Of a stretch of DNA of 32,000 nt, positions 1-7,723 are shown one piece after another; position 1 is the stretch's first letter; each line of letters opens with the position of its first letter. Both the position numbers and the translations under genes were made by a program. The stretch spans positions 300,001-332,000 of the forward strand of contig OY781871.1 of the NCBI GenBank assembly GCA_963677105.1, read 5' to 3'. Source of the stretch: Candidatus Saccharimonadota bacterium. Lineage in GTDB: Bacteria > Patescibacteriota > Gracilibacteria > UBA4473. The notes beneath the pieces were generated by a model that was not told the origin of the DNA, did not search any database, and saw nothing but the letters and a program-made list of their open reading frames with translations.

Positions 1-1179
1 GAATTATTGATTATGGCATCAAAGTCTCTGCGATCAAATGGCGCACGAACATTGTTGTCAATGTTGGGAATTGTGATTGGAGTAGCAACCGTTATTGCGG
101 TAGTTGGAATTGGTGTGGGCGCAAAAAAAGCAATTGAAGCACAGTTTAAAAATTTATCAGTAAACACGCTGATCGTTATGGGATCTGGTGGAAGAGGTGC
201 TAGTACACGGGTTGGGGAAGAAGATGTTCCTTTCGTTTTAGGAAAAGCAGAGTTGATCAAAAAGGGAACAGCAATGGTTTCAGGAAGTTCAACTGTAACG
301 TATGCCAAGGAAGAAGTTTCTGGAACAATAATTGGAGCACAATCAAGTATTTTCGATTTACAAAACTTGGAATTAGAATTTGGTCGATTATTTACAAATG
401 CTGAAGTGAGTTCACGCGCAAATATAGCAGTAATTGGATGGAATATGGCAGAAGAATTGTTTGATGAGATACCAAAAAATGCTGTTGGGAAAACGATAGC
501 AATTGGGTCTCGAAAGATCGAAATAATAGGAGTTTTAAAGGAAAATGGTTCAGGAATGGGAAACCTAAATCCAGATAGTACAATTTATATGCCATATAGT
601 ACTACGCAAGCACGAATACTAGGAAGGAATGCGCGAGTGATGTTAATGTTTCATGCACAAAATCCAGACGTAATTCCGCTCGCACAGGATGAATTAAAAC
701 AATTATTGCGAGAAAATCACCGTTTACGAGATTCTGTAGATGATGATTTTCGAATTATGGATGCAGGATCGATGGTTTCAAGTGCGACAGAATCTACTGA
801 CACAATGTCGTTTTTACTTACTTCAGTAGCAATTATTGTACTTCTGGTTTCAGGAATTGGAATCATGAATGTAATGTTTGTAACTGTTGCAGAACGAACC
901 AAAGAGATTGGAATCATGAAAGCAATTGGTGCACGACAACAAGATATTTTATTACAGTTCTTGTTAGAAGCTATTGTATTATCGATGGTGGGAGGATTAA
1001 TAGGTGTTGTATTGGGATACAGTATCCTACCATTTTTAGGAGATTATGGCGCAACAATTTCAATTAACGGAGGTTTACTCGGATTTGGATTTTCTGTAGT
1101 GGTAGGAATTATCTTTGGATTTGTACCAGCACTTCAAGCGAGTAAATTAGACCCCGTTGATGCACTAAGAAACGAATAG
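1..1179 (+). CDS. ABC transporter permease, MacB/FtsX family (5' end probably cut by window edge)
   Basis: The frame is open from nt 1. It has an N-terminal TM helix (LLSMLGIVIGVATVIAVVGIG), a ~230-aa extracytoplasmic MacB-like core and a C-terminal FtsX-type TM bundle (AERTKEIGIMKAIGARQQDILLQFLLEA). It ends in the canonical KLDPVDALRNE tail. Confidence 0.85.
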   Translation, partial: ELLIMASKSLRSNGARTLLSMLGIVIGVATVIAVVGIGVGAKKAIEAQFKNLSVNTLIVMGSGGRGASTRVGEEDVPFVLGKAELIKKGTAMVSGSSTVTYAKEEVSGTIIGAQSSIFDLQNLELEFGRLFTNAEVSSRANIAVIGWNMAEELFDEIPKNAVGKTIAIGSRKIEIIGVLKENGSGMGNLNPDSTIYMPYSTTQARILGRNARVMLMFHAQNPDVIPLAQDELKQLLRENHRLRDSVDDDFRIMDAGSMVSSATESTDTMSFLLTSVAIIVLLVSGIGIMNVMFVTVAERTKEIGIMKAIGARQQDILLQFLLEAIVLSMVGGLIGVVLGYSILPFLGDYGATISINGGLLGFGFSVVVGIIFGFVPALQASKLDPVDALRNE

Positions 1180-1239
1180 ATTAGTGACTTTAAACCTTGC
1201 TCTCTAAAATGAATAATCTCGATTTCATATATGAATCCT

Positions 1240-1719
1240 TTATAAGCGCTTGTGACTATTTTTAACTTCATTAATTATCCGAAGAAAATCTTCAGGATAA
1301 GAAATTCGACGTAAACAATATTCTCGATTTGCAAATACAAGTCGTACCGTTCCAAAATTAAAAATCCTTCCTAATAAACTTTTAGAGAAAGTTGCCGCTT
1401 CCACCTCTGGTAATATATATTGCTGAGTACTGGTTAAAAAAACACCTTGATGACACATCAGTAAATTATCTTCAAACCAATAATAATTGAACATCCATTG
1501 AATAAATATGTGAAACGTAAGTGCAAACTGCAAAAATAAAATTACAAAAAAGAATTCTTCTTTAGCCGTTAGTGTAGTTATTAAAAAACTTTCTTTCGGG
1601 GAAAAATCAATAAAAATTACTATAAATAGAAAAAATATGTCAGAAATGATCAATAATGAAAGCACCTGTAAAAACAAGGTTACAGGATTTCTATAAATAC
1701 GAATTATTTTTGGTTTCAT
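1240..1719 (-). CDS. Membrane protein with bacterial PH-like (bPH_2/YdbS-like) C-terminal domain
   Basis: Two N-terminal TM helices are followed by a soluble domain (EDNLLMCHQGVFLTSTQQYILPEVEAATFSKSLLGRIFNFGTVRL) that resembles membrane-flanked bPH domains. I prefer the ATG at 1719 over the TTG at 1734. Confidence 0.5.
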   Translation of the reverse strand: MKPKIIRIYRNPVTLFLQVLSLLIISDIFFLFIVIFIDFSPKESFLITTLTAKEEFFFVILFLQFALTFHIFIQWMFNYYWFEDNLLMCHQGVFLTSTQQYILPEVEAATFSKSLLGRIFNFGTVRLVFANREYCLRRISYPEDFLRIINEVKNSHKRL

Positions 1720-1745
1720 ATGAAAATTTCTCAAAAATATATGTT

Positions 1746-1780
1746 CTCCTCCCCCACTAAAAAATTTTGTAAGGGAGGAG
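1746..1780 (-). terminator. GC-rich hairpin between hsp20 and the downstream gene (CTCCTCCC / GGGAGGAG stem, 19-nt loop)
   Basis: A perfect 8-bp inverted repeat (1746-1753 and 1773-1780) begins 13 nt after the hsp20 stop on the minus strand. The following tract is AT-rich but not a clean U-run. Confidence 0.4.
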
Positions 1781-1792
1781 GACTAAAAATAT

Positions 1793-2269
1793 TTATTTAA
1801 TTTTTTTTATCTCAAGTAATTTTTTCTTATTCTGTTTTTTCTTTGGCACTAAAATCGTTAAAACCCCGTGTTTTGAACTACATTCTGCTTTATCAAGATC
1901 AGCAGTTGAAGGGAATTGAACTTTTTGATAAAAACTTGCTGTTGATCGATCACTTCGAAGATATGTTCCTTTTTTATCCTTTTCAGAAGAATCTTTTTTA
2001 CCACTCAGAACTAAAAAATTATTTTCTATTTCAACTGAAACATCTTCTGGATCAAATCCTGGAAGTTCTACCTCAGTAATAAACTGATTCTCCTCTTCTA
2101 TTACATCCATAAGTGGAATCCATTGTGATTGAGTTCCCCAATCTGGTAAAAGAGAATTAGTAAAAAATGGAGACGGTTCCCAAAAATCTCCAAAAAAATT
2201 TCCCAAACTCGCGTCAAAAGGAGCGAGAGAATTTTGAGAAGGCCGATGCCGGACAATTCTGCTACTCAT
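1793..2269 (-). CDS. Small heat-shock protein, Hsp20/alpha-crystallin family
   Basis: It has an alpha-crystallin domain (PLMDVIEEENQFITEVELPGFDPEDVSVEIENNFLVLSGKK ... FYQKVQFPSTADLDKAECSSKHGVLTILVPKK). Start taken at the ATG at 2269 (MSSRIVRH). Confidence 0.9.
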   Translation of the reverse strand: MSSRIVRHRPSQNSLAPFDASLGNFFGDFWEPSPFFTNSLLPDWGTQSQWIPLMDVIEEENQFITEVELPGFDPEDVSVEIENNFLVLSGKKDSSEKDKKGTYLRSDRSTASFYQKVQFPSTADLDKAECSSKHGVLTILVPKKKQNKKKLLEIKKIK

Positions 2270-2295
2270 TATGAATAGGGTTAAGAAATAATAAT

Positions 2296-2322
2296 CTAGC
2301 ACTCTCGATATTAGACTGCTAA
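2296..2322. promoter_or_regulatory. CIRCE-like inverted repeat (HrcA operator) upstream of hsp20
   Basis: The minus strand reads TTAGCAGTC-N9-GAGTGCTAG, against the consensus TTAGCACTC-N9-GAGTGCTAA, with one mismatch per arm. It overlaps the predicted -10 box. Confidence 0.65.
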
Positions 2323-2336
2323 AAGTGAGAAGTCAA
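2308..2336 (-). promoter_or_regulatory. Sigma70-type promoter of hsp20 (TTGACT-N17-TAATAT)
   Basis: The minus strand has TTGACT (2336-2331), a 17-nt spacer and TAATAT (2313-2308), about 40 nt upstream of the ATG. Confidence 0.5.
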
Positions 2337-2443
2337 ATTTTTTCGATAAAACTAAAAAACATTTCTATAAGCTACTTAATCATGAATAATGGTCTCAACT
2401 AGCAGAATAACTTAACTGCAATTATTTTTACCAAAATATATAT

Positions 2444-3004
2444 TTAGCAAAACGGATCATAGGCCCATTGCAGTAAAGCCTGTCTTTGTTTAGGACGACA
2501 ATATAAATTTCCCGGTTCACAGTTTTTTAGTACTTGACCTCGATGTCTCGCAAATGCTCTCCAACGTTTTATTTGTCTTTCATCTAATGATGGATCTCTC
2601 CTCCCCAAATAATATCGACAGTACCACTGAAACCAGCCTCGAACATCTGGATCATTAGGAGTAATCCATCCATTCTCTTGCCATACCTGAAGAGACTGAC
2701 GAGATTTAATTTGAAAATAATTTTTATTTATATCCGATTTTTCTGGAGAAAGCTTATTCATAGCATTTTCAAACCACTCTCGAGGAAATTCAGAAACACA
2801 ATCATTAAGATATTTTCCTTCAAAAACTCCAAGCGCCAACATTTTATCCGGTGAAATGTTTGGCTGAAAATCAGGAGAAAAGTTTTTTCCAACAGGTTCG
2901 CCTAATTGGTATTCATATCCAGACTGCATAGAATCTTCTACGAAAATTGTTTTTCCAGGAGTAAACCAGTTAAGTGATTTTGAATGAGAAATATCTATCA
3001 TCAC
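2444..3004 (-). CDS. Conserved hypothetical protein (GWFQWYCRYYLGRR motif family), function unknown
   Basis: This is a 186-aa uninterrupted ORF with Trp/Cys/Arg-rich motifs that are not low-complexity (WQENGWITPNDPDVRGWFQWYCRYYLGRRDP...RQIKRWRAFARHRGQV...RQALLQWAYDP). I recall similar unnamed proteins in diverse bacteria but cannot name a family. Confidence 0.65.
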   Translation of the reverse strand: MMIDISHSKSLNWFTPGKTIFVEDSMQSGYEYQLGEPVGKNFSPDFQPNISPDKMLALGVFEGKYLNDCVSEFPREWFENAMNKLSPEKSDINKNYFQIKSRQSLQVWQENGWITPNDPDVRGWFQWYCRYYLGRRDPSLDERQIKRWRAFARHRGQVLKNCEPGNLYCRPKQRQALLQWAYDPFC

Positions 3005-3169
3005 TCAACACTTTAAATTATCATCAAAAACTTGACCACATTTTATCTCGGTCATGCTTCAACTTTTCATTTTAAAAACTTACATACTTCAAAAAACTCT
3101 GACATTCAATCGGGTGTCGGAGACTCGAATGGAGGGAGTATAGGTCTGGTATCTTTCTTTTTGACTTAC

Positions 3170-3203
3170 GAAAAGAATCCTGAAATCATCAGGGTTCGAT
3201 TCT
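3170..3203 (-). terminator. Possible terminator after tRNA-Trp
   Basis: The minus strand has AGAAT..CCTGA-tgatt-TCAGG..ATTCT, a compound hairpin, followed by TTTTCG. Confidence 0.4.
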
Positions 3204-3207
3204 TATC

Positions 3208-3281
3208 TGGCAGGCGCGGTAGGAATCGAACCCACGTCAAGGGCTTTGGAGACCCCTGTACTACCATTGTACGACGCGCCT
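3208..3281 (-). tRNA. trnW: tRNA-Trp (anticodon CCA), 3' CCA encoded
   Basis: Manual cloverleaf: acceptor AGGCGCG/CGCGCCT, D stem GTAC/GTAC, anticodon stem GGGGT/GCCCT with loop CTCCAAA, T arm GTGGG-TTCGATT-CCTAC, discriminator G73, then CCA. Confidence 0.93.
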
Positions 3282-3342
3282 GCATCGCTCGGGAACATTT
3301 TTCCCTCTTCGTAAAAACAACGAAGCTCCAAATAGCACGAGA

Positions 3343-3370
3343 ATTGTACAAGCCAAAACGTGAAAATCAA
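3343..3370 (-). promoter_or_regulatory. Promoter for tRNA-Trp (TTGATT-N16-TACAAT)
   Basis: The minus strand has TTGATT (3370-3365), a 16-nt spacer and TACAAT (3348-3343). A ~60-nt leader with two small hairpins precedes the tRNA. Confidence 0.5.
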
Positions 3371-3371
3371 G

Positions 3372-3399
3372 TTGCTTTTCCGGAAACTGTCACTACAAT
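3372..3399 (+). promoter_or_regulatory. Promoter for the metK leader (TTGCTT-N16-TACAAT)
   Basis: TTGCTT (3372-3377), a 16-nt spacer and TACAAT (3394-3399) lie immediately upstream of the riboswitch P1. Confidence 0.55.
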
Positions 3400-3410
3400 C
3401 CTTATGCAAT

Positions 3411-3502
3411 TTTCATTGAGAGGTGGCGAGAGGTACAACTTCACGACCCACCAGCAACCTGCCAACCGAATGGCAAAGGTGCTCCACTTGTACGGGATGA
3501 GG
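3411..3502 (+). promoter_or_regulatory. SAM riboswitch aptamer (SAM-I clan, apparently lacking an internal P4)
   Basis: P1 is TTTCATT/GATGAGG. The core matches the SAM-I consensus: GAGAGGTGG...CCACCAGCAACC...AAGGTGC. P3 is TGCC-aaccgaat-GGCA. The P2-loop GTACAA (3433-3438) is complementary to TTGTAC (3488-3493), the expected pseudoknot. It sits directly upstream of metK. Confidence 0.7.
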
Positions 3503-3511
3503 TTTCATGAA

Positions 3512-3535
3512 GTTGCGCCATTCGTAACTTTTTTT
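3512..3535 (+). terminator. Riboswitch expression-platform terminator
   Basis: The hairpin GTTGCG-ccatt-CGTAAC is followed by T7. The segment GCCATTCG (3517-3524) is perfectly complementary to CGAATGGC (3467-3474) in aptamer P3, which suggests alternative pairing. Confidence 0.5.
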
Positions 3536-3540
3536 AAAAA

Positions 3541-4656
3541 ATGAAAACATTTTTCACTTCGGAATCAGTCACCGCCGGTCATCCAGATAAATTGGCTGAC
3601 CAAATTTCTGACGCTATTTTAGATGAAATTTTAACACAAGATCCAGAAGCTCGTGTTGCTTGTGAAACATTGGTAAATACTGGACTCGTGATTGTCGCAG
3701 GTGAAATTACTACAAATTGCTACGTCGATGTGCAACATATTGCTCGACAAGTAATTTTGGACGTTGGATATGATTCTGCCGATGTTTGTTTTGATGGAAA
3801 AACATGTGCGATCCTCAATGCTATCGAAGAACAATCTCCTGATATTGCACTTGGTGTAAATACTGGTGGAGCTGGCGATCAAGGATTAATGTTCGGATTT
3901 GCGTGTGATGAAACGCCTGAATTAATGCCAATTCCTATTTCTTTGGCACATAAATTATCTACTCAAATCACAAAAGTACGCAAAGATAAAACTCTCTCAT
4001 GGTTGCGTCCTGATGGAAAATCTCAAATCACAATGGAATATAATGACGGTGTTCCTACGCGAATCGAAGCAGTGGTAATTTCAGCTCAACATAATCCGGA
4101 AATTGAATTAGAAAAATTACGAACAGAAATTAAAAAACACGTTATTGATCCTGTTTGTGGAAATTTGATTGATGAAAATACTAAATTTCATATAAATCCA
4201 ACCGGACGATTTGTTATTGGTGGACCACAAGGAGATTGTGGAATGACGGGACGAAAAATTATTGTTGATACATATGGTGGATATGGTCGTCATGGTGGAG
4301 GGGCTTTTAGTGGAAAAGACCCAAGTAAAACTGACCGAAGTGCTGCTTATGCAGCACGTTGGGTTGCAAAAAGTATTGTTGCAGCAGGACTTGCAAAAAA
4401 GTGTGAAGTTCAATTAGCGTACGCAATTGGTATAGCAAAACCTGTTTCTATTTATGTTGATGCATTTGGAACCAGTGAAAAAACTGCAGAACAATTAGAA
4501 AATATTGTACGTAAAAATTTTGATCTCACTCCTGCTGGAATTATTGAAACATTACAACTAAAACGGCCAATATATCGTGATACAGCTGTTTGTGGACACT
4601 TCGGACGCACTGATATTAATTTCCCTTGGGAAAATCCTTTTCCACTGAAAAGTTGA
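3541..4656 (+). CDS. metK: S-adenosylmethionine synthetase
   Basis: [57 protein letters not shown] and [23 protein letters not shown] are all MetK hallmarks. Confidence 0.97.
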   Translation: MKTFFTSESVTAGHPDKLADQISDAILDEILTQDPEARVACETLVNTGLVIVAGEITTNCYVDVQHIARQVILDVGYDSADVCFDGKTCAILNAIEEQSPDIALGVNTGGAGDQGLMFGFACDETPELMPIPISLAHKLSTQITKVRKDKTLSWLRPDGKSQITMEYNDGVPTRIEAVVISAQHNPEIELEKLRTEIKKHVIDPVCGNLIDENTKFHINPTGRFVIGGPQGDCGMTGRKIIVDTYGGYGRHGGGAFSGKDPSKTDRSAAYAARWVAKSIVAAGLAKKCEVQLAYAIGIAKPVSIYVDAFGTSEKTAEQLENIVRKNFDLTPAGIIETLQLKRPIYRDTAVCGHFGRTDINFPWENPFPLKS

Positions 4657-4687
4657 CCTAGAAGAGAAACTATTTACAATCCGGCAG

Positions 4688-5986
4688 ATGAATTTTGTAC
4701 AAAGACCCATTAAGAAACCACGCAATAAAATGTCTCCAATCACAAAGGGAATTTTTCTTGGAATTCTAATTGTGACTACATTTTGGGGAGGTGTCATAGC
4801 CGTTCAATCTGGACTACTTGGAGAAAAAGTTCGTCGAGTAATTTCATTAAATCCATTGAAAACTGATTCAAATGGACATACCAATTTATTATTACTCGGG
4901 GTTGCTGGAAAAACTGAACAAGGGGGACATCTTTCAGACTCGATTATGATCGTTTCTATAAACCCAGTGCGTCCTAGTATTTCTGTTTTAAGCTTGCCTC
5001 GAGATCTGTATATTTCATCAAAAGTAGGTGATCGAAAAATAAATGAAATATATGCTGCTGCACAATATAAACACGGTGAGCCAAAAGGATTAGAAATTGT
5101 AAAAGACGCTATTTCAAAGTTTACTGGAATTGAAATTCATTATGGTGCAGTTGTCGACTTTGCATTATTTAGAGATAGCGTTGATTTACTTGGTGGAGTA
5201 GATGTATTCGTTCCACAGGATATAAATGATGAACATTATCCAGATGAAAACTTTGGATATCAAACATTTGTTATTCGTCGCGGACTACAACATCTGAATG
5301 GTGATATGGCATTAAAATATGCGCGAAGTCGAAAAACTACTTCTGATTATGATCGAGCAAGACGTCAACAAGATTTAACACTCGCAATTCGACAAAAAAT
5401 CGAATCAAATGGATGGGTAGAAAATTCTCAGAAATTACGTGAATTCTATGATTTATTTCGACGAAAAATAAATACTGATTTAGATCTCACAACACTTATG
5501 GCGTTGATTAAAATTGGAATGGGAATTGATTATGGAGATATCGTTTCTGCTGTATTAAACGATGATCCAACACAACGTGGAGGTCTTTTATATGCACCAG
5601 CTCGTGAATTTTATAATGGACAATTTGTTCTCTTGCCACAATCTATGGCAGACACACAAGCATTTCTTGATCTGGTTCTTCTCCATCCAGAAGTATTATT
5701 GGAAAATGCGCAAATTTCAGTATTGAATGGAACAGGCGAAGAAGGATTAGCAAGTAAAGCTGCCTCAAGATTACGTCGTCTTGGATTTCATGTAATTGAA
5801 ATTGGAAACTATGAAACGGAGACTGGAAATGATGTGGCAACCACATTTCTTGAGTTAGCCCCAACGGCAAAAATTCCTGAAAGTAAAAATTTCCTAGAAT
5901 CATTTTTTAATACTTCAGTTGTGCGTACTTCTGACAAGATTCCACCTGAAAGCATGATTGATATTCAACTCGTACTGGGAAATTAA
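4688..5986 (+). CDS. LytR-CpsA-Psr (LCP) family cell-envelope phosphotransferase with C-terminal LytR_C-like domain
   Basis: It has an N-terminal TM anchor and an LCP core (NLLLLGVAGKTEQGGHLSDSIMIVSINPVRPSISVLSLPRDLYI ... MALKYARSRKTTSDYDRARRQQ). An alternative start is the ATG at 4730. Confidence 0.85.
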   Translation: MNFVQRPIKKPRNKMSPITKGIFLGILIVTTFWGGVIAVQSGLLGEKVRRVISLNPLKTDSNGHTNLLLLGVAGKTEQGGHLSDSIMIVSINPVRPSISVLSLPRDLYISSKVGDRKINEIYAAAQYKHGEPKGLEIVKDAISKFTGIEIHYGAVVDFALFRDSVDLLGGVDVFVPQDINDEHYPDENFGYQTFVIRRGLQHLNGDMALKYARSRKTTSDYDRARRQQDLTLAIRQKIESNGWVENSQKLREFYDLFRRKINTDLDLTTLMALIKIGMGIDYGDIVSAVLNDDPTQRGGLLYAPAREFYNGQFVLLPQSMADTQAFLDLVLLHPEVLLENAQISVLNGTGEEGLASKAASRLRRLGFHVIEIGNYETETGNDVATTFLELAPTAKIPESKNFLESFFNTSVVRTSDKIPPESMIDIQLVLGN

Positions 5987-6024
5987 TTCTATTGCTAAAT
6001 CTCTGAAGCAATGGCACAATTTTG

Positions 6025-6471
6025 ATGATGAAAAAATTATGTCTTATTCTCTTTTTCGGTCTGATCCTTTTGAATGGGAAAATTATCACACAAGTAGAAG
6101 CTGCAACTGATGCTCCTGACTGTAAACAAGGAGAATTTAATGCTGATTGTCTCTTCCCAACATGGCAAAGTGAAGAAAATCCAACACAATCTGAAGACGC
6201 TGTTGTTCAAGGTGTTATTGGAACAAATCATGATGGAGGATTTATTATGACGTATATTCCAACTATTATTGATATTCTTCTAAAATTTGTAGCTCCTATT
6301 GTCACAATCATGCTGATTTGGACAGGAGTACTTTTTGTTATTTCTCAAGGTGACGATGATGGACTGAGTAAAGCAAAAAACTTTTTTATATATTCCGTTA
6401 TTGGAATCGCATTTATTGTACTCAGTTACTCAATACTAAAATTCATATATTTCTTGGTTGCTCGCGGATGA
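6025..6471 (+). CDS. Secreted small protein with C-terminal two-TM pilin-like hairpin (TrbC/VirB2 / T4SS-pilin-like)
   Basis: It has a signal peptide (MMKKLCLILFFGLILLNGKIITQVEA). The C-terminus reads TM, SQGDDDGLSKAKN, TM, the topology typical of VirB2-like pilins. Confidence 0.6.
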   Translation: MMKKLCLILFFGLILLNGKIITQVEAATDAPDCKQGEFNADCLFPTWQSEENPTQSEDAVVQGVIGTNHDGGFIMTYIPTIIDILLKFVAPIVTIMLIWTGVLFVISQGDDDGLSKAKNFFIYSVIGIAFIVLSYSILKFIYFLVARG

Positions 6472-7661
6472 AAAAACTTAAAATTCTCAATTGTATTCTC
6501 GGATTATTACTTGGATTGTTCCCTTCTCTGGTAAATGGGAAAAATGCTATTTGTGAGATGAAAGCTCCAGCATCATGTTATCGAGCAGTTGCTATTGCTA
6601 GTGGAACTGGACAACAAAGAAAAGAGGGAGGATCTGCTCCTCTGAAACATTGTAAAACAAGCGCTGACACAGATCGTTTATTTGGACTCAAAGATGGATC
6701 TGTACTCTCTGCTGTTAGTACTTCTTTAAACGTTGATGATGTTGCTACTAAATCTGGAATGAGAAAATTGCAACAAGCATTGTTGATTTCGTGTAAAGAT
6801 CATCCAAACAAAAGCTGTGCACCAACTGATGGAGAAGAAGTTGCAGAAAATAATGCTAACCCGGTCAATGGAGCATTAAAAATAAAATGTAATCCAGATC
6901 TCTTAAGCGACGGAAAATATGGAATTTGTACGGCTGAAGCAGTTCGTCGATATATAGAATATATAAAAGCAACAACAAAAAAATGTGATAGTGAAATAAC
7001 AGTCACCCTAACTCCCCCTTCAGGAGATATTATTGAAAATAAAGATACTGTAATTGAGGTAGTAGCAACGAAAAGCGGAGATGTATATACCTGGGATAAT
7101 AAAACCGAATTCACTACAAAAAAAATGGATTCTATTGTGCTTGAAAATGCTCATTTCACAGTAGTAGACCATGATGATATAGCAATAGATAATCAAGATA
7201 TAACTGTAGGAACTCCTACTAAGATTTCAGGGAAATTTCCTGCTGGAGAAATAAAAATAAAAGTAAATGAAGCTCCTGTAAAAGAAAAACCTGTTCTTAA
7301 GTCTGTATCAACCCCCGTTGTATTTGATGTAAAAAAATTAGAAAATCCGAAAAATATTTCTTGTAAACAATTATTACCAAAATATCTCATCGGAGCTCGT
7401 TGTGACAATAAACTTCATGGAGACGCGCGCGATATTACGTATTGGATTCAAAGATTTTCTGGACAAATTACTTCTTTTATTGCAGCTTTCGCAATATTAA
7501 TGATCGCATGGAATGCGTTTGGATTAGTAATGGCCTCTGGAGACAGTGATAAAATCGCAACAAATAAAAAAGCTCTTATGTGGATAGGAATTGGACTTCT
7601 CCTTACTATATTTGCATATGTAATTGTGAAAACTATTATTTCACTCTCCTTTCTCAAGTAA
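6468..7661 (+). CDS. Large secreted Cys-rich protein with the same C-terminal pilin-like two-TM hairpin
   Basis: It overlaps the previous gene by ATGA. It has a signal peptide, a ~300-aa extracytoplasmic region with multiple Cys, then ITSFIAAFAILMIAWNAFGLVMASGDSDKIATNKKALMWIGIGLLLTIFAYVIV. Confidence 0.6.
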   Translation: MKKLKILNCILGLLLGLFPSLVNGKNAICEMKAPASCYRAVAIASGTGQQRKEGGSAPLKHCKTSADTDRLFGLKDGSVLSAVSTSLNVDDVATKSGMRKLQQALLISCKDHPNKSCAPTDGEEVAENNANPVNGALKIKCNPDLLSDGKYGICTAEAVRRYIEYIKATTKKCDSEITVTLTPPSGDIIENKDTVIEVVATKSGDVYTWDNKTEFTTKKMDSIVLENAHFTVVDHDDIAIDNQDITVGTPTKISGKFPAGEIKIKVNEAPVKEKPVLKSVSTPVVFDVKKLENPKNISCKQLLPKYLIGARCDNKLHGDARDITYWIQRFSGQITSFIAAFAILMIAWNAFGLVMASGDSDKIATNKKALMWIGIGLLLTIFAYVIVKTIISLSFLK

Positions 7662-7675
7662 ATAAACGCAAGATT

Positions 7676-7695
7676 AAAAATAGTCACTATTTTTT
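7676..7695. terminator. AT-only palindrome between convergent genes (possible bidirectional terminator)
   Basis: AAAAATAGTCACTATTTTT is a perfect palindrome flanked by A and T runs. The stem is weak because it is all A/T apart from one G-C pair. Confidence 0.3.
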
Positions 7696-7723
7696 AGTTT
7701 GATCTTTGTAGTTTGTAATTTAA

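Noticed and set aside
3032-3544. 170-aa plus-strand ORF from the track
   Set aside because: It runs straight across the tRNA-Trp gene (antisense), two promoters and the SAM riboswitch. Its peptide has no protein-like features. It is explained by RNA and regulatory elements.
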